From assembly GCF_036321535.1 (NCBI RefSeq), contig NC_087437.1, forward strand, positions 120,902,001 to 120,966,000: a stretch of DNA of 64,000 nucleotides, in the 5' to 3' direction. The translations under genes and the position numbers were made by a program. Below, one piece after another: positions 1 to 10,486 of the stretch; the stretch's first letter is position 1, and every line of letters begins with the position of its first letter. The notes beneath the pieces are model-generated. The model worked only from the letters and a program-made list of their open reading frames with translations, was not told where the DNA came from and did no database searches. Source of the DNA: Camelus dromedarius (Eukaryota).

Positions 1-1082
1 CACGAGCCAGACAGTGGCTAGGCCTTCCAGGCACTTTAGAACCATCTAGAAGCTTCTCCACGTGTCCTGATGCCCAGACAGCCCAGAGGTGCCGATTCAG
101 AGGCTCTGGGCCCAGGGGTGGGTTGACAGGCTTCCCAGTTATCCCACAGAGCAGCGGGGCCAAGACCACAGCCCCAGAAGAGCCTCCCGGTCCCCTTCCC
201 TTGCCGCCTGGCTGCTCCGCTGGGAGGCAGAGGTCAGAGGCGGGCTTTGGTGCAGCCCAAAGACCGTGACTGCTGAGCCACAGGGCTGCACCCACATTCC
301 AGGAAAGAGAGTGCCTGGCTGCAGGAGTTGCCGGCAGCTGGGGTGCGTCCTGGCATGTGCCGTGGGTAGGCTGCGGGGCTGCACTTGGTGAGATGCGATG
401 CCATCACCACCGTGAATTCTGACAGTTTCTGGACAAGGATTTCTGTGTGTCTTTCCATGCTGCACTGGGCCCTGCAGGTTTGTGGCAGGTCCTGATAGCT
501 CCCTGTCTTCCTCCTGCAGGAGGCAGGCCCATGGGCCCCATCCTGCAGCTCTTCTGCTCTTCCTGGAACCCCGCCCCCATCAACTCAACACTGGTGACAG
601 GGACACACTGAGAGCCTGTGGCTTCTCCGAGGGAGTCACCCGCCTGCACCCTTCCATGGGGAGGCCTGGGCCAGCAGTCAGGCCCAGCCGGACCCCAACA
701 CGGGGGTGGGGGCTCCCAGGTTCTTTGGAGCGGGGGGCTGTGCAGGGGGTGGCTTCCACCCTGATGCTGTTCCTGCCTCGTTCTGTGACTTCTGAAATGA
801 TACATGACCTTTCAGAGCCTCAGTCCCTCACCTGTGAGATGGGTCACCAAAACTGAGCCCCGAGAGTGAGGATTAAGTGCCCTGAGTGCCCAACAGTTTC
901 CTGCCCTCAGTCGCCGCGGTAACGCCTGCCTCCCACCTCCTCCCCATTTCAAGCCCCCTTTCTCTTGCTGCCACCGAGCCAGCCTGCGAGGGCTTTTGTC
1001 TTCTGCCTGGGGAGAGCCCCCCAAGCCATTCCCAGCCCACAGCCTCGGGCAGGGGTCAGCGTGCAGACCCGGGGGACCCTAC

Positions 1083-1367
1083 CTGTCCAGCTGCTGACGG
1101 TCAGGTTCTGGTGCAGCAGCACGTTCTCTATGCAGCAGCCCACGTTCACGCTGGGCGTCCGCCCGAGCCTCAGGATGCTGACCACGTCATACAGGCCCCG
1201 CTCGTTCAAGGACACGGTGCTGTTCTGCAGGGCCAGGTCCAGCAGGCTGTTGTCTGTCCTGTTGATCCAGTACACGTTCGGCCTCGGGTAGCCATTTGTG
1301 GACGTGCACGTGAGGGTGAACTCCTCATCCTGGGACGGGCCGCTGACCACAGGCATGCTGTAGTTCG
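1083..1367 (-). CDS. ICOSLG: ICOSLG exon 4 (IgC domain), 285 nt
   Basis: ttggcag|CGAACTAC ... ACAG|gtaggg; phase 1-1. Confidence 0.93.
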
Positions 1368-4300
1368 CTGCCAAGAAGGAAAACGGGCTGAGGGTCAGAA
1401 GCGGAGGGGTGCATGGCGCCCAGGGCCGGGTTAGAGGGAGGCGGCAGTCACACCCTGACCCCGGAGGAGTAGGGGACCAAGGCCACTCGGTCTGGGGAGC
1501 CGCACAGGTCCTGCTCTGCCCAAGAGTCGACCTTCCCGCCCACGGGGGCGCTGCTGAGCCCAGCAGGCGGTGACTGGCACCCACTTCCTGCCCCAAGGAG
1601 GTTGGCCTCCCTGGAGTCCAGTGACAGAGAGCTGGCAGTTCACCTGAAACAGACACAGCCCGTCTCCCCAGAACTATGCCCTGAGCAACTCCGAGGAGAG
1701 GCTCTAACTGTATTCCTAAATTCTGATCTCATTTAGTGCCTTATAGTCCTCCCTCTTCATTTCATTAAAAAAATCTAGTGGGAGTTGAGCTGGAGAGCTC
1801 AAGGCAAAGGCAGTGAGATTGGGGGCCGCGTGCGAAAGCAGCTCACGGAGAACCTCCTCATGAGCCGAATGGTCTTCCAGCCACTTCGGCTTTGCGCGGG
1901 TAAACAGGCGCCCGCCACAGGCATGGGGGTGCTCTTTACGGGAAGACACAGCTGAGCGGCCTACAGAAAATGGGTCTTACTGGTACTTCTTCAGGGACAT
2001 GCGGCGGCGGTGAAATCAGCTCTGCCCCTTCCGTGCTCTTACCTGCCACGTGCAGCGTGACCACAACTTCCAAAATCTTTTTTAATTCTAAGGATTTCCG
2101 AAACACCAGGCAGTTAAATTTCTGTTCGTCCTGGGGGGTGATATTGCGCAGGTGGAGAGAGAAGTCACCCCGCTTCATGCTGTCCAGGGACAGCTGGGCC
2201 CGGCCCTTGTAGTGGTTGTCGCTGTGGCCAGCGGAGTTGTTCCCGGAGAGGTAGTAAGTCACCACGGAGTAGGTATTTGGTTTGTCCGGGATTTGCCAGT
2301 AAACATAAAGGTCATTTAAATCGAAGCTGTTTCCTTCAGGGTAGACACAGCTGAGCTGGACGTCGCTGCCCACCATTGCTCTGACCTCCTGTTCCTGAAT
2401 CTCTGCAATGATCCAGAAAGTACAAAATCCATCTTCCACAGGTGACTCCTGGCTTCAGAGTCACACTGTCGGGGGGAGGGGAGCCTCTGGGCTGCAAGAC
2501 TCAAACACCAATTCTGACTCATCTCACTAGGAAAGGAATGCGTATAGAAGATGCACATAGGAAAGCCATGCTATTTTAAAACTTTGGACATCTGCTGCAA
2601 GCTGCTCCAACGTCCTGCCCAGTGTCAGTTCTCTGCCCTGGCATGGGATGCCAACACTGGGAGAAGCAGGGATGTGGGAACCTAGGGCTACTTTCCACTG
2701 TTTCTGCTACTTCTTGGGACTTTATAATGAATTCAAAATAAAAAGGGTTCAAAAAAATTCAGACATTTTAAAAGAAAACAGCAGCTTCTCAACAACATTC
2801 GAATGCAGCCTGCACTGCATTGGAGAAGGCCCAGTGAGGTTTGGTGGCCTGTTATGACCACTTGAATGCCCGCAGGGAAAGTGACCATGTCCCCTGACCC
2901 ATCACCCATGGGCTGGAAAGCTGGTCAAGGCCTTGGTCTCAGCTGTGGTGCCACATCCCTGTTCTATGCTCTTCTGGAAGCTGGTGGCTTTGGGGAGTGA
3001 AGGGGCTGGAGAAGCAGGCTGCCTGGCTCCTGGCTCCTCTGGAAGTGGAGGTTCTAAATCACTGGGGAGGAACTGCACTCTACTTCAGACACGAAACAGA
3101 ACAAAAACCACAGAGTCCGTAGGAGCGCTCCCCTCTGTGGCTTTCAATCCCACACATGACTCTGGTCTTGGGGCCCAGCTTTCTCAAAAGGGCCCCTGGA
3201 AAAGCAAGAAGGGCAGTGGGGAGGCCTGCACCCCACGGACCTCACTGCTCAGCACTGAAGGGATTGGAAATCTCCCGTAAGAGCAGCGACCGCACTTACC
3301 GGCTCGCAGGCCGCAGAGTAGCAGCAGGAGCAGCTCAGGACTGGAAAAAAAAACAACCCAAAAGGCAGGTGAGGCCCACTTCTTCCAAATGGGAGCAGGA
3401 GATGGTTCCACCCATCATGGAAACGGGGTTACCTCCACAGCCAGCCAGCGCATCAGCCGAGGCTCCCCGGGCATCCAGGGATTCAGGGAGAGGAACTAGG
3501 ACCACCACTCCCTGCCCAGCACGGGAAGTCCCACGGGGCTGGCGACCCCTGCAAGGGACCAGCTCCTATGTTGACAAACTCCCCTCAGAGCGATAGTGAG
3601 AGTGCTAAAGGGCACTGAGAGGAGTCACCAACCCCTCGGTGGCCTGGCCTTGCAGGGATGGAGTCCAGGATGCTGGATAAAATCAGAAAAAACCCACTGT
3701 TGAGGTGCTGACAGCAAGAGCATCATTTAAAATCTGAGAGGTAGAGGGGACGTAAGATGCTCCCCCATCCCATCCCATCGCCCCTGGCAGGGTCTGGTGA
3801 GCTGCAGGACAATCTTCCAAAGGAATAGGATCAATCTGAAACCAGATCTGGTGGCTCTGCCCAAGCTGGTGGGCAGCTTGGCAATGGGGCCAGCAAGCCC
3901 CTCTCCCCGCCCCCAGGGTCCTGGAGCCTTCAGTCTGGGAGCCTCTGAAACTTGCACGCCTCAGCCTAACCAGCCCTGCCTGCAGGCCTCCCAGAATGCG
4001 GTGTCCCCTGCCCCACCTGTCACCACCCTGCCCAGGCCCCGGCCCCTTCCTCCCTGGGTCAGAGGGGACAAAGCACAGGCAGGGCCACCTGCTCTGGGGC
4101 GTGGGTGGCGAAGGACAGCTGTGACATGCCAGCACTTTACTTTCCTTTCTTGCAGGAATAGTCTTTACCTGCACTTCTAACTGGAGAGACTGGGCGGTGG
4201 GACCCGGGGCTGAGCAGGCTTCTGGGCTGTGAGGGTGGGGACACCTGAGGATGGGGAACCTCACCAGCTCACCAAGGAGGGGCACCGGCTGCCAACCCTA

Positions 4301-4893
4301 CAGCGTCCCTGAAGGGGCCTTGTGGCCAAAAGCTGGGAGCAAAGTTGTCATCCACCTCCTCATCTGGCGGGAGACCAGGAGCCTGAGCCTCCCCGTTTGC
4401 CTTTGCTGAAGCAGGAGGGGGAATCCCAGGCGCTGGGCGAAGGGGGAGGGATGTCAGCAATCGGTGGGCACCGGCTGGCATTCGAAGTGAGTAAGAATGC
4501 CCTTGACACAGCCTGGTCACCCCCTTGGTTCTTCTGGGCGACTCGCTGGGGGCGGGGGCGGGGGAAGGAAGTGAGCGTGGGTCGCTGTCTCCTCTCCTTC
4601 CAGCTGCTTTCCCACCCTCAGCAGGGACCCGCCCCCAGCTCGCCCGCGCGCTGCCGTCGCCCGGTCCCCGCCGCTCTCCCCGCGCCGACCCTGGGCCGAC
4701 ACCTCCTCCCGCAGGTGGCCGCGCCTCCCGCGGCCCCGCCGGATGCGCCCGATGCTCCCCGCGCCCGGCGCCCCAGCGGCGCGGCCAGGAGGGTGGCCCT
4801 AGGCTCGGGGCGCCGCTCCCGACCCGGCGCCGCCGCTCAGCCCCCCGCAACCCCCGGGCGCGTCCGCTCGCCCGCTCACCCTCTCAGCGGCAT
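1083..4893 (-). CDS. ICOSLG: ICOS ligand (B7-H2), 5' part: coding exons 4880-4893, 3300-3340, 2043-2402, 1083-1367; the gene continues past the window start
   Basis: Spliced translation gives [18 protein letters not shown] (signal peptide), an IgV domain ([17 protein letters not shown]...YVYWQ...[22 protein letters not shown]) and an IgC domain (ANYSMPVVS...[20 protein letters not shown]...[13 protein letters not shown]). All introns are GT-AG with consistent phase, and the synteny fits. Confidence 0.96.
2043..2402 (-). CDS. ICOSLG: ICOSLG exon 3 (IgV domain), 360 nt
   Basis: ttgcag|AGATTCAG ... GTGGCAG|gtaaga; phase 1-1. Confidence 0.94.
3300..3340 (-). CDS. ICOSLG: ICOSLG exon 2 (signal peptide), 41 nt
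   Basis: tttttccag|TCCTGAGCTG ... GAGCCG|gtaagt; encodes [13 protein letters not shown]. Confidence 0.9.
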
Positions 4894-5500
4894 GGTGGGG
4901 GCGGCGACCTCGGGCAGCGCTGATCTCGGGCCGCGGGAGAACTAGGAACAGGAGAGCCCTCGGGCCGCGGGAGCCCTCGGAGCGCCGGAGGCAGTAGCCA
5001 CCGCGCTCCCGCCGCGCCTCGGAGGCTCTGGGCGCGGAGCTGGTGGGGGCTGAGCGCCGGCCCGATCCCGGCCCCGGCCCCGCCCCCGGCCCCGCCCCCG
5101 GCCCGGTTCCTCCCGCGGCCTGGGCCGCAGGCGGGGCGCGCTGGAACCGAAACTTGGACGCTGACTCCAAAACCTTCAGCCCTTCCCACGAGAGGGTGCC
5201 AGTCGGGCCCTGAGGGGCGCGGGGCGGGGGCTCCCGGTCCACCGGGCTGTAGGTGCCGTGGGAAGTTGAAGGCAGGAAAGGCCCCAGGGAGGGGGACGGC
5301 CAGATGTGCCGCGAGAGGGCCCGTGGGAGGCTACGTGCTGCCCCCCAGTGTCCCGCAGGACGTCCGCGCCCCCAAGCGCCCCGGCTCCGCCTGCGCCTGT
5401 CCGCCTCCGAGTCCTGAGTCTCTGCCCCAGGCGGGGCGGGGCTCAGTGCTCTCCCTCCCGGACCGGGACCGGGACCGGAGTCAGGACCTCTGGCCCTCGG
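4500..5500. promoter_or_regulatory. CpG island / ICOSLG promoter with GC boxes
   Basis: Very high GC and CpG density; repeated CCCCGCCCCC at about 5078-5100, upstream of exon 1. Confidence 0.8.
4880..4893 (-). CDS. ICOSLG: ICOSLG exon 1 coding part, 14 nt
   Basis: cccaccATG CCG CTG AGA GG|gtgagc inside a CpG island; phase 2 matches exon 2. Confidence 0.85.
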
Positions 5501-6169
5501 TGAGGCCAGAGCCCCACGGCTGTCTGGGGATGGATGAATGTGAGAAAGGAAGGCGGGAAGGCGGGAAGGCGGGCAGGCCGGCTCCCCTTCCCAGCCAGCC
5601 CTAGATCTCCACCCCTACCTTTGCTCCCTCATCCCTTCTGGGTCCTGGGCCACCCGCCGCAGCATTTTTGCGTATTAAAGGCTCGAAGAAGCCCACGCGT
5701 GGAAACCAGTTCGTGTGTGCTCCTCCAAGCTTGTGGGACTTGGCACTCTCGTTTTCTGGCCTGGAAAAAACTTTTTTGAGCCTCAGATCAAAGGGCAAAC
5801 GTGCCATACTCTTCCTCCCTCCCACCCCTTCCAGTCCACTGGGCCTCCTCTCTGCGAGGCCCAAGTCAGTCAGGGCTCCCCTTCTCCCCTCCCACACCGC
5901 CAGGTAGGTGACAACGAGGTGACAGGGTGGAGCCATGGGGAAATAGGGTGCCCTCCCTGCAAAGGCTGCCCCTGGAAGGGCCTGGGCTCCCAGACACCGC
6001 ACCTCAGGTCTGAAGACTCCTGTCGGGTGGAGCAGGCAGGAGAGGTGTGTCCCACTGCCCAGGCTGAGGGGGATGCTGAGGTCGGCCTCTGGGAGGGGGA
6101 GAGCTAGGGTGTAAAGTAAGGGCAGAGCCAAGGGGAGCTCCCCTGTTCCCAGCCACCTCCTGCATGCTG

Positions 6170-6330
6170 TCATTCTTTCAACAAATATTTAATGCACACC
6201 CACTGTGTCCTGTGCAAAACACTAAGGATAAAAGGTTAAAATAAGAGAATCTCTGCCTGGTAGAAATGAACATTTCTGTGAGGACAAGAACAAACAAGAC
6301 AAAGAAGCAGAAAGGATAAGCTGGGAGCTG
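6170..6330. mobile_element. Probable L2 fragment
   Basis: cattctttcaacaaatatttaatgcacacccactgtgtc resembles the L2 3' end; boundaries approximate. Confidence 0.45.
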
Positions 6331-7539
6331 GGGATGCTTCTGAGGGTGATGAACAGGAAGGGCGGGGCTGCAGGTGACCAGAGGGGTAGGTGGGCATGCA
6401 GTTCTAGATCCCAGGGGCTTCACTCCTCCACGGTCAGGCTGGGGGATTGAGCAGTGGGCATTCAAAGAGGCCAAGCGGGGTCTGCCCTCCCTTTCAGTGA
6501 GGGGCAGGGTGGAGAGGGACAGGGGTTTCCGGCCAGGGCTCCTGTTCGAGTGTCCAGTGAGGGCACAGTCTCAACTTGGGGAGAGGGGACGTGATAAAGG
6601 GGGTGGGAGATGGGGAACGGGAGGAAGACTTGGCTAGGAGAGCCTGGTGTGGACATAAATCACAGAGCGGGTCTCAGGAAGCTCCCCGTTCCCAGAGCCA
6701 GAAAACCAATGCTTTGTCTTGAACGAATGTAATTAGCAAGTATTAGAGCGGGGGGGGGGGCGCTAGAGGAGGGGGTGATAGTGATATCGGTGGCCTTAGA
6801 TCCTCTCCCCCGCAGCTGGCAGAGGAGGACCGTGTTTGCGTTGCGGGAGGACCAGCCCCTCGCATTGCTCACAGGCGAGGAGGAAGGGCGTGCTGGGGCG
6901 GGTCCAGTCCCTCCCGCGGACCCCGGGTTCTCTCTGATTGGACAGGCGGAGGGCTGCGCTGCACCGATTGGCTGACGTCTGGGTTGCACCCCACCCCACC
7001 CCCGCTCCCACGAGGCTCCCCACTCTACCCACCGGGATGGGGAGCAGGAAGGGTGGCTCTCACACGCAACCTCGGGTTATTGGAGAGGCACAGTCCTGGG
7101 GGCTGGGGAGTCCCCCTCGGTTAAAGTCTCCTTCAGAGAGTGTGCCCGCTCACGTGGAGGGCGAAGGGAAGGTGACCAGTCGGTGTCCAGAGTGCTGCCC
7201 TTCAGTGAAGCCGGGGCGCTGCCCCACTGTAGCACAGAAGGGAGAGCGGTGGGCCCTCGAGCTGGTGGGCGCTCTGGGGGAGGGGCCAGGCTCTGGTTCC
7301 TGGGCAGCAGTACTGGCCCAGTCCTCCGACGGCCAAGTGCTGCAGCCAGCCCCATCCAAGAGTGGGGACTGTGGGCCCAAGGAACCGGCTGTTTGTTGAG
7401 CAAGCAGGGAAGTGGTTGGGAATGCAGCTGGGCTGGGCTGGGACATCCTGGGGCGGTGGGGGAGGGAGCCGCTCCCAGAGTGGGCCCAAGACCAGCCCCA
7501 GAAACCTCAGACTGGCAAGTGCGTGCTGGGTCAGATCCC

Positions 7540-7700
7540 AGCTCCGCTCCTCAGGAGCCATGTGATGACAGGCAAGTTACTTAATGCCTCTGTGCCTTTT
7601 GTTTTCCCATTTGTGAATCGAGGACAGTTCCAACATCTTCCTCCTAAAGCAGCTAAGTTAGTCTGTGGTTACTACGAGGTAATGCACACAGTGCATTCGC
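7540..7700. mobile_element. Probable MIR
   Basis: ggcaagttacttaatgcctctgtgcct...cccatttgtgaa resembles the MIR core; boundaries approximate. Confidence 0.5.
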
Positions 7701-7879
7701 ACTGACACTGGCGTCTGGGTTACAAATACAGGGGCTTTCAAGACAAAGGAGCAGGCAGAACGGCCCTTGGAGGCTCCCTGTGGCTGAGGCAAGATTTTCC
7801 TCTCTCCCCTCACCGCGACTGTTTCTCAGGCTGTGGGGGTAGGGGAGAAGCCCACCTGGGTGACTATCAAGATGAAGAC

Positions 7880-8240
7880 CCCATCACCACAAAATTGGGG
7901 CTTAAAACAACAGAAACGCATCCTCTCAAGTCCCAGAGGCTGAATGCCTGAAACCAGGGCTCCTCCAGGGGCTGCAGGCCAGGGTCCTTCCTTCCTCTTC
8001 TGCCCCGGGTGCCCCAGGCATCCCTTGGCTTGCAGCAAGTCTGTCTCCTCCGGACGGGGTCAGGTCTCCCTCCGCCTCCCCTGATGAAGACCTTTGAGGT
8101 CACACATGGTGCAGCCCAGTCTCCCTGTCTCCATCTCATCCCATCAGCCAAGTCCTTTTTTGCCATGTAAGGTGACATTCATGGTTCTGAGATTTAGGAC
8201 AGGGACATCTTTCTGGGGTCGTTATTTAGCCAACCACAGG
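7880..8240. mobile_element. ERVL-MaLR (MLT1-like) LTR fragment
   Basis: ggcttaaaacaacagaaa ... ccatgtaaggtgacattcatggttctgagatttaggacagggacatctttctgggg are typical MLT1 motifs. Confidence 0.6.
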
Positions 8241-8684
8241 GGCTCACAAAGGACCCTTGTGGGTAAGATTAAAATATTAGAGGGAGACTGTAGAATGCTT
8301 GAGAGAGTGCTGAAGATGTAACACTGGGGTGGCTCTGGGCCCCTGCATAGGAGCAGGCTGACAGAGGGTGGACCCTGCCGATACTGGGTAGCAGCAGCTG
8401 GAGCCAGGCTGCCAGGGCACAGCCGTCACCATGCCCCGCCCCGTCAGCTGCTGACACGAGCACGTCTTTGCAGTCAGCTTGGACCCAGAGCGTGGCCTCC
8501 TAGGAGGGTCTCATCCATGTTCCAATGCTCCTGTCCCTACCACCCCTCTATGTTTTCTGGGGCTGCCATGACCTCAGTTTCATTACAGAACTTTAGCCCC
8601 TGGACGGGAGACCTATGACATCAGAGCCCAGGATGGTCCTCTGTCCACCCTCAAGAGAAGGTCACATGGATTCTATGAGGACAT

Positions 8685-9385
8685 CTGTGTCAGCCAGGGC
8701 TCTCCCGAGAAACAGAATCAACAGGATGTAAGTGTGTGTAGACAGAGAAAAAGAGAGAAATGTACTTCAAGGAATGACCCGCGATAACGGAGGCCTGATA
8801 AGCCCAAATTTGCAGGGTGAGCTGGCCACCCGGAGGCCGGGGGAGAGTTGTGTTTGGAGTCCACCGCAGTCTGCTAGACAATTCTTTCTTGCTCAAGGGA
8901 GGTTAGGCCTTCCGTGCCTTGGGAGAGGCCCCCTGTACCCGCCTGCAGTTGATAAACAACAGAAACATACTGCTGGCTGGTGGCGGGTCTGGCAGTGGGC
9001 GGTCAGGTGCCGCGGGGTCGGGTGAGGGCCCCTTTCCTGGTCACACGCTTCTCGTGTGTCCTCACGTGGGCAGGGCTGAGGGAGCTCCCGGGGGCCTCTT
9101 TTCTAAGGGCACTAAGCCCGTTTTGGAGTCACCTCTCCAACACCCCCTCTCCTGATACCATCACCTCGGAGGTTAGGATTTCAGCAGATGAATTTTGGGA
9201 CCCTGACGTTCAGACCACAGCACCCACCCACGTTACGGAGGGTGTAATCCGCTTTACTCAAAGTCCACTGATTTAAATATTAATCCAATCCAAAAATGCC
9301 TTCACGGAAAACACGGCGATAATGTTTCAGCAAACGTCTGGGCACCTAGGCCTAGCCAAGCTGGCACAGAAGATTAACCAGCACA
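8685..9385. mobile_element. MLT2-like LTR with a nested MLT1-like fragment (about 8950-9220)
   Basis: cagggctctcccgagaaacagaatcaacagga ... ctttactcaaagtccactgatttaaatattaatc ... cctagccaagctggcacagaagattaaccagcaca match MLT2 hallmarks. Confidence 0.6.
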
Positions 9386-10272
9386 ATTTCTATTCTATTT
9401 CAAAACATGTTTTTTAAAACCATCAGAAGGTCCAATTTCAACCCCACCCTTCTTCCACGTACTAGCACCGGTGCTAGGACAGTTACAGGGTCCCCCGTTC
9501 CCAGGGGGACGCCAGGACAGTGGAGTCTGTGTGCTCGTCTGAGTCTGGATCCCTTTGGGAGATTTCCTGACTCATCTGGGAAGACCCTCCGGGATTCATC
9601 ACAAGTGACTGGAAACCAGCTCCAGTCAGCGCTCTCCAGTGGCCTGTCCTCCAGGGAGCCCAGGCGAGTGGGCTTCCTGCTTCCTGTGGGCAAGTCCCTG
9701 TGGGTCAAGGAGGACCAAAATTCACAGGTGGACCTGCACTTGGCCCCTGCACCGCCTGTCCAGCCTGCCCTCCCTTTGCACCAAGTCGATACCCCACACT
9801 TCGCAAAGGTTTGGGGTGCTTCGTGGGGCTCTAATCAGGGAGAGTGGTTTTAACTGTCACAGCAAACAGCAGTCGTGGCCGCATCCGCTTCGTACACAAG
9901 GGAACACGTGTGGTCGTAAGGGCATCTGGCCCGTCCTTCCCAGAGACACTCCCACGTCCTACAGAATAATATAAAGGCTGTGCTCACACACACGAACACC
10001 AAAAAGGGACCCATAACTATCGTAACAAAGGTATTTTTAACTTCTCAGCCAGCACAGAAACGTTTTCAGCAGCACAATACGCAAAGTAACATCAGCGTCT
10101 CGTCCACAGTCAGACCCGAGGCTCCGCTCCACCGAAGGGCATGCGGGAGGCCCGCGGCGCCACCCCCAAAGGGGCGGTAGGTCTGTAGCGACCACAGGAG
10201 ACCCAAAGTTAAGCAAATAAATAGTAATTTGAAAAGGAAAAAAGAGACTGTGTAAGGAAAGTTATCTTTGTT

Positions 10273-10486
10273 CTAGGAAAAGTCTTTTTTTGTTGCTGTT
10301 TTCACAGTATAATGACTCATTTGTAAAGAGGAAGTGAGCTCTGTTGAAAAATACTTGAAATATTCTCTCAAGGGGAGGAAACAATTCTTCACCAGCGCGG
10401 CTGGCCCCTGGGCGGGGGGCTTCGCTCTCTGCCTGTCCTGGGCCAGCAGGGCTAATTCCTCTTGGGAAACCAGGGCCGAGTGCCTG
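10273..10486 (-). CDS. DNMT3L: DNMT3L exon 12 (last coding exon, extended C-terminus)
   Basis: tttacag|CAGGCAC (tandem NAGNAG acceptor); ...[25 protein letters not shown] with TAG at 10275-10273. Confidence 0.9.

Noticed and set aside
234..465. Minus-strand ORFs near the window start as a possible ICOSLG transmembrane exon
   Set aside because: There is no hydrophobic TM stretch and no convincing similarity, so the TM exon most likely lies before base 1.
949..1082. Read-through of ICOSLG exon 4 into the intron as a soluble isoform
   Set aside because: A good donor (ACAG|gtaggg) is present, short open read-throughs are expected in GC-rich introns, and I saw no nearby poly(A) signal.
10215..10220. 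AATAAA just beyond the DNMT3L stop
   Set aside because: It is on the plus strand, the wrong orientation for DNMT3L.
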